Part shown: in pieces, positions 55,342 to 64,000 of the stretch | Numbering within the stretch: the first letter of the stretch is position 1 | How the letters are laid out: each line of letters opens with the position of its first letter | Source of the DNA: an uncultured Gemmatimonadales bacterium | Lineage (GTDB): Bacteria > Gemmatimonadota > Gemmatimonadetes > Gemmatimonadales > GWC2-71-9 | Direction of reading: 5' to 3' | Length of the DNA stretch: 64,000 nt | Assembly: GCA_963846435.1 (NCBI GenBank) | Contig: CAWJVX010000007.1 | Location: 728,817-792,816, forward strand | Made by a program: the position numbers and the translations under genes | The notes under the pieces: model-generated | What the model was told of the DNA's origin: nothing | Database searches by the model: none | The model's input: the letters and a program-made list of their open reading frames with translations, nothing else

Positions 55342-56121
55342 ATGCTGCTTGCACTCGACATCGGAAATACCGAGATCACCGTTGGCCTCTTCCGAGGGCG
55401 TGAGCTGGAAGCCCACTGGCGACTGACGACCAACCCGGACCGCACGCCGGATGAGTGGAGCAGCGCGATCGGTGGGTTTCTGGTACAGGGCGGCCACTCG
55501 CCCAACGAGGTTCGGGCTGTCTGCCTGGCCTCAGTTGCGCCGGCCACCACCCAGAGCGTCGTCGAGGGGGTGGCATTGTCCACCGGGTGTACTGGCGTGG
55601 CGATCGATGCCACCTCGCCGCTGCCGGTAACCCTCGATGTCGACGAGCCGCTGACCGTAGGGGCCGATCGCATCGTCAACGTCCTTGCCGCAGTCGAGCT
55701 CTTCGGGGCTGACTGCCTGGTCGTGGACTTCGGCACGGCCACGACCTTCGACTGCGTCACGGCGGACGCTCGCTTTATCGGCGGTGCGATCATGCCGGGC
55801 CTCAGAACCTCAGCCGACCAGCTCACCCGGCGCGCGGCCAAGCTCCCGGCCACCGAGCTCAAGGCTCCCGCCCGGGTCATCGGCCGTCGAACGGAGGAGT
55901 GCATCCAGGCCGGAGTCCTCTATGGTGCCGCGGATGCCGTGGATGGAATGGTGCGCCGTATTTCCGCAGAATGGCCGGGGGGACAGAAGCCCCGTGTGGT
56001 TGCCACCGGCGGACTCGCCAGCGTCATCGCTCCCCTCAGCAGGACGATCGAGCTGACCGATCCCGATCTCACCCTCCGCGGCCTGCGCATCGCCGCCGGC
56101 CATCTCGGCCTCGAGTGGTGA
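55342..56121 (+). CDS. coaX: Type III pantothenate kinase
   Basis: MLLALDIGNTEITVGLF...; VVDFGTATTFD; GGLA. Confidence 0.92.
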   Translation: MLLALDIGNTEITVGLFRGRELEAHWRLTTNPDRTPDEWSSAIGGFLVQGGHSPNEVRAVCLASVAPATTQSVVEGVALSTGCTGVAIDATSPLPVTLDVDEPLTVGADRIVNVLAAVELFGADCLVVDFGTATTFDCVTADARFIGGAIMPGLRTSADQLTRRAAKLPATELKAPARVIGRRTEECIQAGVLYGAADAVDGMVRRISAEWPGGQKPRVVATGGLASVIAPLSRTIELTDPDLTLRGLRIAAGHLGLEW

Positions 56122-57032
56122 CATCGGTGCGCGGGGCAGGGTATCGCCTGCTCGGCTCCCGCTTCGATTACCTGCTCCACACCCGACCGGCCGAGTGGCC
56201 CATCATGGCGGCGCACACCGTGGTGGGCTACGTCCTGGCTGTCGGACTCGACGGTGCCTGGCGAGGTGAACAGCTCGGGCCGGCGTTGCTCGGGGTTGTC
56301 CTCTGGGTCGTCTGTCTCAACGGCGGCACCCTCGCGCTCAACAGCGCGTATGACCGCGACGAAGGCGACATCGCCTACCTCCGGCGACCTCCACCTCCGC
56401 CCGCGCACCTGGCAACCTTCGGGTTTTGCCTCATGACTTTGGGCCTGCTGGGTGCGTTTCTCCTGCCGGTCGGATACCGGGCGGCCTATGCGGTATGCCT
56501 GGGACTCTCCATCCTCTATTCCGTGCCGCCGCTGCGCCTGAAGGCCGTTCCCGGCGTCGATTGGATCATCAACATGTGGGGGTTTGGGACGCTGACGCCC
56601 TACGCCGGATGGGCCGCGACCGGCGTGCCCGTAGACCTGACCCACGGATTGGTTCTGCTGGCGTTCTGTCCCTTGTTCGCCGCGCTCTATCCACTCACCC
56701 AGATCTACCAGTTCGAGGAGGACCGTCGCCGCGGCGACCGGACGCTGGCCCTGATGCTGGGGATACGCCGCAGTCTGCTGGTCTCCCTCGCCGCCGCTGG
56801 GGTGGCGTTCGCCCTGTTGGCATTGGCCGGCGTGCGCTCGGAATGGAGGGCAGCGGATGGCTGGCGGTGGGGAGCCCTCGCGCTCTCTGCCGTGGTCTGG
56901 GGAGCGGTCCTGGGTTCCTGGCTTCGGCAGCAAGGCCGGATGGAGTCGCGGGATCACCAGCGCGGGATGTATCGGGCACTCGCTGCCTGGGCCCTCACCG
57001 ACGTGGTGGTGGTGCTGGCCTGGGGGATCTGA
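56118..57032 (+). CDS. UbiA-family prenyltransferase (membrane)
   Basis: GTG 56118 overlaps the coaX stop. NSAYDRDEGD (NxxxDxxxD) motif; about 8 TM segments; second Asp-rich region YQFEEDRRRGD. Confidence 0.75.
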   Translation: MTSVRGAGYRLLGSRFDYLLHTRPAEWPIMAAHTVVGYVLAVGLDGAWRGEQLGPALLGVVLWVVCLNGGTLALNSAYDRDEGDIAYLRRPPPPPAHLATFGFCLMTLGLLGAFLLPVGYRAAYAVCLGLSILYSVPPLRLKAVPGVDWIINMWGFGTLTPYAGWAATGVPVDLTHGLVLLAFCPLFAALYPLTQIYQFEEDRRRGDRTLALMLGIRRSLLVSLAAAGVAFALLALAGVRSEWRAADGWRWGALALSAVVWGAVLGSWLRQQGRMESRDHQRGMYRALAAWALTDVVVVLAWGI

Positions 57033-57100
57033 TCCCGACCCCTTGGCCCTCGAACCTGCGTCCCGGTATACTTTGGAATTCACACCCTTCGGGAGACGGC

Positions 57101-57730
57101 ATGACTTCGACCGCGGAACTGAAAGGCGAGTACGACCTTACCAGGCTTCCCCTGATCGTCCAGGGTGCGGTCAAACTGGGGCTGCTCGAGAGCATACTGG
57201 TCCTGCTCTTCTCCCTGGCCTCGCGGTTTCTCGGCGGCATACCCGAACTGATTGTGGGTGGCCTCATTCTGCTCGTGGGCCTGGCGGCCGTGAGCATGCT
57301 GCCGGGGCTGTGGACCAGACCACGTACCATCGAGGGAATCGCGGGAGCAGCGGCGATCGGACTGGCAGCCACCGTGGTCTTCCTGCTCGTGGATGTGACC
57401 CTGCTCCAGAATATCGGAACCTACAGTCATCGCTGGTACGACCTCGGGGGTGGGAGCAACTGGTGGTACCATCCGGTTTGGTGGATGGTAGGCACGTTCC
57501 TCCCATGGATGGGTGCCTGGATTCTCGCCAACCAGACCGTCAAAGGCGACGGCCCCTCACCGCTCACCGGCTTTCTCACCGCCGTCGCGGCAGCGGTGGT
57601 CTTCGCGGCCGCCGCCGTCCTGCTCGGATTCCCGGGAGCACGCTGGACGCTGGCCACTTTCGGTATCGCGTTCCTGCCGGGACTCGCCCTGGCTACAGCG
57701 CTCTCCGCCATGAGGAAGCGTCACGCCTAG
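57101..57730 (+). CDS. Hypothetical integral membrane protein
   Basis: GGGAG RBS and ATG 57101. 209 aa with about 5-6 hydrophobic segments and a Trp-rich loop WYDLGGGSNWWYHPVWWMVG. Confidence 0.6.
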   Translation: MTSTAELKGEYDLTRLPLIVQGAVKLGLLESILVLLFSLASRFLGGIPELIVGGLILLVGLAAVSMLPGLWTRPRTIEGIAGAAAIGLAATVVFLLVDVTLLQNIGTYSHRWYDLGGGSNWWYHPVWWMVGTFLPWMGAWILANQTVKGDGPSPLTGFLTAVAAAVVFAAAAVLLGFPGARWTLATFGIAFLPGLALATALSAMRKRHA

Positions 57731-57734
57731 GCCC

Positions 57735-58067
57735 ATGCGGTGGGTCCGACTTTTATTTCGCATCTTCGGATGGCTGCTCACGCCGTTTCTGGCGTGGGCA
57801 GCTTCATTTTTCGGAGCGGTGGCCGGAGCCCTGCTTGCCCTGAAGCTCGATGACCCCGTCAGGGGTCTCGCCGTCACCGCCGTGTGCGGCGGGATCGCGG
57901 GTTTCGCCTGTCTGATCGCCTGGTTGCACTTTCTGCGGCGGTCGCCTGAAATCCGGGAAGTGCTGGCCGTAACCGAGGACGGCACGCCTGACACTACCGA
58001 GATTGCCATCGAGCCGGCTGAGATCATGCCCGAGGCGACCGAGCCCGACCCGGCTGGGCGTCGGTGA
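57735..58067 (+). CDS. Hypothetical small membrane protein
   Basis: 110 aa with two or three TM segments and an acidic/Pro-rich tail. Its stop overlaps the next GTG. Confidence 0.5.
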   Translation: MRWVRLLFRIFGWLLTPFLAWAASFFGAVAGALLALKLDDPVRGLAVTAVCGGIAGFACLIAWLHFLRRSPEIREVLAVTEDGTPDTTEIAIEPAEIMPEATEPDPAGRR

Positions 58068-58459
58068 AGATCCCACGGTTGGGCTACATCGGACTCGCGG
58101 TACTGGCAGCCTGCGGTAAGGCCGAGAAGGACACAAGAAAGGATCCGGTATCTACCGCGGTGAAACCTCCGGCCGATTCACTGGTGCTCACCAACGGGAC
58201 CGGAGCAGAAGTCTGGTTCACTCTGATGCGAGCGGCGAAGGGCGGCGACGGGGTGCCCTGCGTGGAACGGGGCCTTGAGGTTCGGCGAGGGGCCAGCCGA
58301 GTCAAAGTACCGCTGCTGTATACCCGCAATGTCCCGGTTCTAGTCAACGACTCGACCATTCGGGCCATACTCTGGACCCACTGCACGCCCGGCGACCCCT
58401 ACCTGGTAAACCTCCGGAGCGGCCTCCCGGTGCGAGATCGTCCGAGGGCTGCGCATTGA
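58064..58459 (+). CDS. Hypothetical lipoprotein
   Basis: MKIPRLGYIGLAVLAACGK (lipobox LAAC). 131 aa. Its stop overlaps the next TTG start. Confidence 0.55.
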   Translation: MKIPRLGYIGLAVLAACGKAEKDTRKDPVSTAVKPPADSLVLTNGTGAEVWFTLMRAAKGGDGVPCVERGLEVRRGASRVKVPLLYTRNVPVLVNDSTIRAILWTHCTPGDPYLVNLRSGLPVRDRPRAAH

Positions 58460-59466
58460 TCGCGTGTCCCCGGCTCCGTCGTCAGGTGGTCATCGTGCTC
58501 GTAGCGGGGCTGGGTCCATGCCTCGGACCCACCTCCACGCTTCATGCGCAGGACGCCGAGGCGAGCATCGGCAAGTTTTTTGACTCGACCGGCTGGACTG
58601 CGTATCGGGTTGGATTCAGCCGGCCACTCGGCAACGTCTTCCGGCTGCAGCTGCACGGCGATGTCCTGCGGCGGGTCGCGGGAGAAGGTACGTTCGGCGG
58701 CCTTGGGACCGACCTCACTGCGTTCCGCACCCGCGGTGAGGGTCCCTATCTCGTCGCCGGCCTCGGTGGGGGGTTAGGGTCGGAGAGCTCCAACAGCTTC
58801 TCCCGGCTTTGGGGCTCGTGGTCGGCGGGGGCGGGCTACGATCTGCTCCCCGTTTCCTTCATGTCCGTCGGCGCCGAGGGGCGGTGGCAGCAGCTGTCGC
58901 TGAGCGGACTTGAGGGGGTTCAGCTCACAATCGGGCTGGCGTTCCACGTCGGTCGCGGCCCCACTTCTCCAGAACGGGGTCGCCCGCGGAGCCAGCCGGC
59001 CGGTCCGCTCCTCCCGCCCGAGGCCGTTGTGAGCTTACCGCAAACTGGCGGTGGCTCCGGGCCCTCACCTGCGACGCTGGCCGATTCGATTATTGCCACG
59101 GCCACCGAGGCGATGGGCCGTCCCTATACCTATGGAGGCACCGGGGTGGGCGGGGGAGGGTTCGACTGTTCCGGCCTGATTCAGTATTCCTATGGGAAGC
59201 ATGGCATCGCGCTGCCACGTCGGAGCACCGATCAGGCCCGCGAGGGCAGAAAGATCGATCGGCAGCTCAAGTTGCTCGCTGCCGCCGACATTCTCACCTT
59301 CTCCAATCGGGGTGGGCGGGTGACGCACGTGGGGCTGTACATCGGGGGCGGACGCTTCATTCACAGCGCGACCCGCGGCGTACAAGTGAGCACGCTGAGT
59401 GCTGAGGACCCCTACGGACGCTGGTGGTACAAGCGCTGGGTAGGGGTCAGGCGAATCGTCCGCTAA
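58456..59466 (+). CDS. NlpC/P60 cell-wall peptidase fused to an N-terminal outer-membrane beta-barrel-like domain
   Basis: C-terminal RPYTYGGTGVGGGGFDCSGLIQYSY (catalytic Cys)...VTHVGLYIGGGRFIHS (His). The N-terminal half has alternating Gly/aromatic strands: GAGYDLLPVSFMSVGAEGRW and VQLTIGLAFHVG. Confidence 0.75.
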   Translation: MIACPRLRRQVVIVLVAGLGPCLGPTSTLHAQDAEASIGKFFDSTGWTAYRVGFSRPLGNVFRLQLHGDVLRRVAGEGTFGGLGTDLTAFRTRGEGPYLVAGLGGGLGSESSNSFSRLWGSWSAGAGYDLLPVSFMSVGAEGRWQQLSLSGLEGVQLTIGLAFHVGRGPTSPERGRPRSQPAGPLLPPEAVVSLPQTGGGSGPSPATLADSIIATATEAMGRPYTYGGTGVGGGGFDCSGLIQYSYGKHGIALPRRSTDQAREGRKIDRQLKLLAAADILTFSNRGGRVTHVGLYIGGGRFIHSATRGVQVSTLSAEDPYGRWWYKRWVGVRRIVR

Positions 59467-60611
59467 TGCTGTTCGTGGCTTTCGTGCCCGGTGTGCGGAC
59501 TTCCGGGGACATCTTCAGCACCATGCGCACCGTGATCCCCGTGGCTCGCCGGTGCCTCGGACATTCCGCCGGGGTGGTGTTCCTCCATCGACGCGGTTTC
59601 GTCCCCACGAACGTCGAGTGAGGCCAGATCCCGCTGGTAGGTTGGATCGCGTGGATCGATGGCGGGCCAGCGCTTCATGTCGTCAGGTACGAAAAGACCG
59701 ACCATGCTCGCCATCGCACCCTTCACGCGCATCTCCCCCGTCGGGTTGTCGTAGTCACCCACCACCCGGTAACGGTGCTTGGCCTTCAACCGAAGGCCTT
59801 CGCCGCTGACTCCGAACAGCTTGCGAGACACCTTTATCAGCTTGCCATTGGCGTCTCGCTCCGCCTTGATCTGGGTCAACACCTTGCCGGTTTCGGCATC
59901 CTCCAGCCGCACTCTGCTGCCATAGTCGTGCATATGCCCGCCGACGGCCAACAATCGTCCACCGATGGGGAGGGTAAACTCATACGCCTTGCTGGATTTT
60001 CCCGGCGGGACGTCGAAGGTGTTGTGGCCGCCCACCGTCAGATTCACGTCCATGTAGATGGGAAGCGCGTTCAGGGGCTGGGGGTTTTGGTTTTGGGGTG
60101 TCCACAACATGGTGAGCTTCAGGTGGACCCCTTCGAGATCCTTACCGGTATCGTTGTGCCACGCGATGTACATCCCCAGCTTCATGCCCGGCTTCATGGG
60201 CACGCCAATCGTCTTGGGCACACTCGCTGCCTCTGTCTCCGTGCCGGTACCCATCAATCGCTCGGCGGCGGAATAAAGCAGCTGCCGGCGGCTGAAGTTC
60301 ACCATGATCATGTGATGCATGACGTGCGGGGGAACCACCCGCCCGTGTGCATCGGCCAGCTCCACCCGAAAGCCGCGAAACCAACCGGTCACCGGCCACT
60401 CAAAGCGCTGCAGCCGGGTGTCGTGAGACGAACCCAGGTCCATCATGGCGTGATCGTCCATCGGGGGCATGTTCGGCAGGTCGAACGGTCCGCTGGTGAT
60501 CGTAAGCTCATGACGCGACGAGTCGACCGTCACGCTGACCGTCGGGGTCGGCGGGGGTCCGTCGAGGCGGGCGGCCAGTGACGTGATCAGGATCAAGCTG
60601 CACAGCATCAT
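59463..60611 (-). CDS. Secreted copper type II ascorbate-dependent monooxygenase-like (PHM/DBH-like) protein with His-rich C-terminal tail
   Basis: Signal peptide MMLCSLILITSLAA; an upstream ATG at 60668 is also possible. Motifs HVMHHMIMVNF, YIAWHND, GGHMHDYG and TGEMRVKGAMASM occur at PHM-like spacings. The tail is HHPGGMSEAPASHGDHGAHGAEDVPGSPHTGHESHEQH. Confidence 0.6.
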   Translation of the reverse strand: MMLCSLILITSLAARLDGPPPTPTVSVTVDSSRHELTITSGPFDLPNMPPMDDHAMMDLGSSHDTRLQRFEWPVTGWFRGFRVELADAHGRVVPPHVMHHMIMVNFSRRQLLYSAAERLMGTGTETEAASVPKTIGVPMKPGMKLGMYIAWHNDTGKDLEGVHLKLTMLWTPQNQNPQPLNALPIYMDVNLTVGGHNTFDVPPGKSSKAYEFTLPIGGRLLAVGGHMHDYGSRVRLEDAETGKVLTQIKAERDANGKLIKVSRKLFGVSGEGLRLKAKHRYRVVGDYDNPTGEMRVKGAMASMVGLFVPDDMKRWPAIDPRDPTYQRDLASLDVRGDETASMEEHHPGGMSEAPASHGDHGAHGAEDVPGSPHTGHESHEQH

Positions 60612-60768
60612 GCGTGCTCCGAATGGGGTGGCTGGCTGGGCATTGCGCTGCCGGAAACCGGCCGGCAACTTTGTCGCGCTCGACTGAACTCAAGAGCGTG
60701 GCCCGCTCATAATCCCGAGACGGAAACCTAATGTCAAGCATCCGGGCCTCCTGGGGCTCGGCGTCACC

Positions 60769-61560
60769 GTGCTGCTCTGTCCGAGTCGCGCCGGGGCGCA
60801 GGATCGCCTGTTCCCGGCAGTGAACAGCTTCGAGCTACCGGAAGCGTCGCCCCGGGCATACGGCATGGTTGCCCGAGTCCTTTCCGTCCGGAAGGGGGAG
60901 AGCCGTTTTGGCGTCGAGCAGGAGGGGGAGGTCATCCTGGGAGAGAATTTCCCCGTACTGGCGCTCAAACGAGGGCCTCGACCTATCGTGCTCGGACTGG
61001 GGGCCCAAGCCTACGGCCGATTCAGCCTGGACGACTCCAAGAGCGCTCTCATCAGCCTCGACTGGGTGGCCGCTCTCAACACCACGGCGCTGCTCGGGCC
61101 TTGGGCCCTGACGCTCCAGCTATACCACGAAAGCAGCCATTTAGGAGATGAGTACGCGGACCACTTCGGTGTCGGTCGCCTCGACTGGACCCGGGAGGTC
61201 ATCGCGGGATGGGCCACCTACGGCTTCGGCGCGTTGCGTCTTACCGGTGGGGCCAGTTACGTGCTGGCCGACGAGCTGAGCCTGCCCCGACCCGCCGCTG
61301 CACTAGGGATCGACTTCGGCGGTCATGGCCGTCGAGCGGTGGCGCGGGGCGTGGAGCCGGTGATTGGGCTCTACACCGAGGCCAACTCCGCCACCCGCTG
61401 GCGGCTCAATACCTCAGCCAAGTTCGGGGTCGAGTTCGTTGGCCAGGGAAGGCCTCAGCTCGGCCTCGCGCTCATCGCTCATGACGGTCTCTCCACCCAG
61501 CGGCAATTCTTTCGGGAGGAGAGCCGGTATTTCGGACTGGAGGTGAGAATCGATCTATAA
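60769..61560 (+). CDS. DUF1207-like protein (putative outer-membrane/periplasmic); N-terminus unresolved
   Basis: LQLYHESSHLGDEY core motif. The frame is open from 60688 and encodes a signal-peptide-like LLGLGVTVLLCPSRAGAQ with no canonical start. The nearby ATG 60731 is in another frame. Confidence 0.6.
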   Translation: MLLCPSRAGAQDRLFPAVNSFELPEASPRAYGMVARVLSVRKGESRFGVEQEGEVILGENFPVLALKRGPRPIVLGLGAQAYGRFSLDDSKSALISLDWVAALNTTALLGPWALTLQLYHESSHLGDEYADHFGVGRLDWTREVIAGWATYGFGALRLTGGASYVLADELSLPRPAAALGIDFGGHGRRAVARGVEPVIGLYTEANSATRWRLNTSAKFGVEFVGQGRPQLGLALIAHDGLSTQRQFFREESRYFGLEVRIDL

Positions 61561-61575
61561 AGCAGTCCTTGACAC

Positions 61576-61610
61576 GTTCCGTCGACGAGTCTGCCACGGA
61601 ACCGTTTCTC
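61576..61610 (+). terminator. Weak stem-loop terminator candidate
   Basis: GTTCCGT-N13-ACGGAAC followed by CGTTTCTC, 16 nt after the stop at 61560. Confidence 0.3.
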
Positions 61611-61684
61611 CCGCCGCAAACCCCTGCCATCCTGACACATCCCTCGGGCACCCTGGTTGCTTATGCCAGGCCCCGGTAGGTGGC

Positions 61685-61712
61685 TTGACATAGACCGCGG
61701 ACCCTTTATCTT
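61685..61712 (+). promoter_or_regulatory. Sigma-70-type promoter candidate for groESL
   Basis: TTGACA (61685-61690), 16-nt spacer, TATCTT (61707-61712). Lies 8 nt upstream of the CIRCE element. Confidence 0.6.
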
Positions 61713-61719
61713 GCGGTTC

Positions 61720-61746
61720 TTAGCACTCTCCTATGTAGAGTGCCAA
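61720..61746 (+). promoter_or_regulatory. CIRCE operator (HrcA binding site)
   Basis: TTAGCACTC-TCCTATGTA-GAGTGCCAA against the consensus TTAGCACTC-N9-GAGTGCTAA (one mismatch). Lies 60 nt upstream of groES. Confidence 0.9.
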
Positions 61747-61805
61747 CCTATTGATGCTCAAGCGTTTAGAATTGTCAAACTATCCACATGGTGGAGGTCG
61801 CACAG

Positions 61806-62120
61806 ATGGCAACTGCTACCAAGGCTAAGCCCAGCCTGAAGCTCCAGCCGCTCGAGGACCGGGTGGTCATCATGCCCTCGGACGAGGCGGAATCGATGCG
61901 GGGAGGCCTGTACATACCGGACACGGCCAAGGAAAAGCCGACCCAGGGTGAGGTAATCGCGGTAGGTCCCGGCCGGGTCGAGAAGGGCGCGCGGGTCCCG
62001 ATGGACCTCAAGGTCGGGGACAACGTGATCTACGGTAAATACAGCGGCACCCCGTTCCAGCTCGGCGGCGACGAGGTCATCATCATCAAGGCCTCGGACG
62101 TTCTGGCCAAAATCAGCTAA
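61806..62120 (+). CDS. groES: Co-chaperonin GroES
   Basis: GGAGGT RBS. MATATKAKPSLKLQPLEDRVVI...GGLYIPDTAKEKPTQGEVIAVGPG. Confidence 0.95.
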   Translation: MATATKAKPSLKLQPLEDRVVIMPSDEAESMRGGLYIPDTAKEKPTQGEVIAVGPGRVEKGARVPMDLKVGDNVIYGKYSGTPFQLGGDEVIIIKASDVLAKIS

Positions 62121-63817
<1,697 letters not shown>

Positions 63818-63818
<1 letters not shown>

Positions 63819-63870
63819 ATCGGCCGTACTTAGAGCGGAGCAGTATCCCGCTCTAAGTATGCCGCCGATC
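63818..63870 (+). terminator. Long imperfect hairpin starting at the groEL stop codon
   Basis: GATCGGC..TACTTAGAGCGG-loop-CCGCTCTAAGTA..GCCGATC (12-bp plus 7-bp stems with an internal bulge), followed by TTGTAT. Confidence 0.6.
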
Positions 63871-63906
63871 TTGTATCCTGAGCCGAAGGCGAAGGATCTA
63901 TGGTGG

Positions 63907-63941
63907 CGAAACGCTCCGGGCCTCCCGGGGCGTTTTGCTTT
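63907..63941 (+). terminator. Rho-independent terminator candidate
   Basis: AAACGCTCCGGG-loop-CCCGGGGCGTTT followed by TGCTTT. One mismatch in a 12-bp stem. Confidence 0.6.
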
Positions 63942-64000
63942 CCACTCGCCTCGCGTATTTCACGGCGTCGGGTGGATCGCGGGACTGCAGAAGACCGCAC

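Overview
High-GC bacterial chromosomal window, densely packed. Almost every gene is on the + strand and many are chained by 4-nt ATGA/GTGA start-stop overlaps. Content is mostly housekeeping and metabolism: selB, clpB, cysK, type III glutamine synthetase, pyrR-pyrB-pyrC, rpsT, scpAB, mutL, miaA, bshA, uppP, birA, coaX, groESL behind a CIRCE operator, msrPQ, and two tRNA-Ser. It also holds a MoxR/DUF58/vWA (Bat-type) operon, two TonB-dependent receptor loci, and an amino-compound catabolic cluster. The repertoire (Bat operon, TonB receptors with carboxypeptidase-regulatory-like N-domains, a T9SS-type C-terminal domain, GS type III, BshA) suggests an FCB-group, Gemmatimonadota-like organism; this is inference only. 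I saw no rRNA, CRISPR array, transposase, integrase, prophage or recognisable defence island. Four things deserve a second look. (1) At least 11-12 well-conserved genes, including essential tadA, are each interrupted by one extra nucleotile-scale shift to the +1 frame. Every clear case goes in the same direction, and the sites cluster in three short stretches, so this is either systematic assembly insertion error or real decay. (2) Three low-GC intergenic elements have arms made of tandem 7-nt units in imperfect inverted orientation, abutting stop codons. (3) A secreted protein has the His-His...His...His-x-His...Met spacing of peptidylglycine/dopamine-beta-monooxygenase-type copper enzymes plus a His-rich tail. 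(4) A small His/Cys-rich secreted protein precedes a TonB receptor and a BNR-repeat lipoprotein. No single obviously new multi-gene system is proven; these candidates are hypotheses to test.
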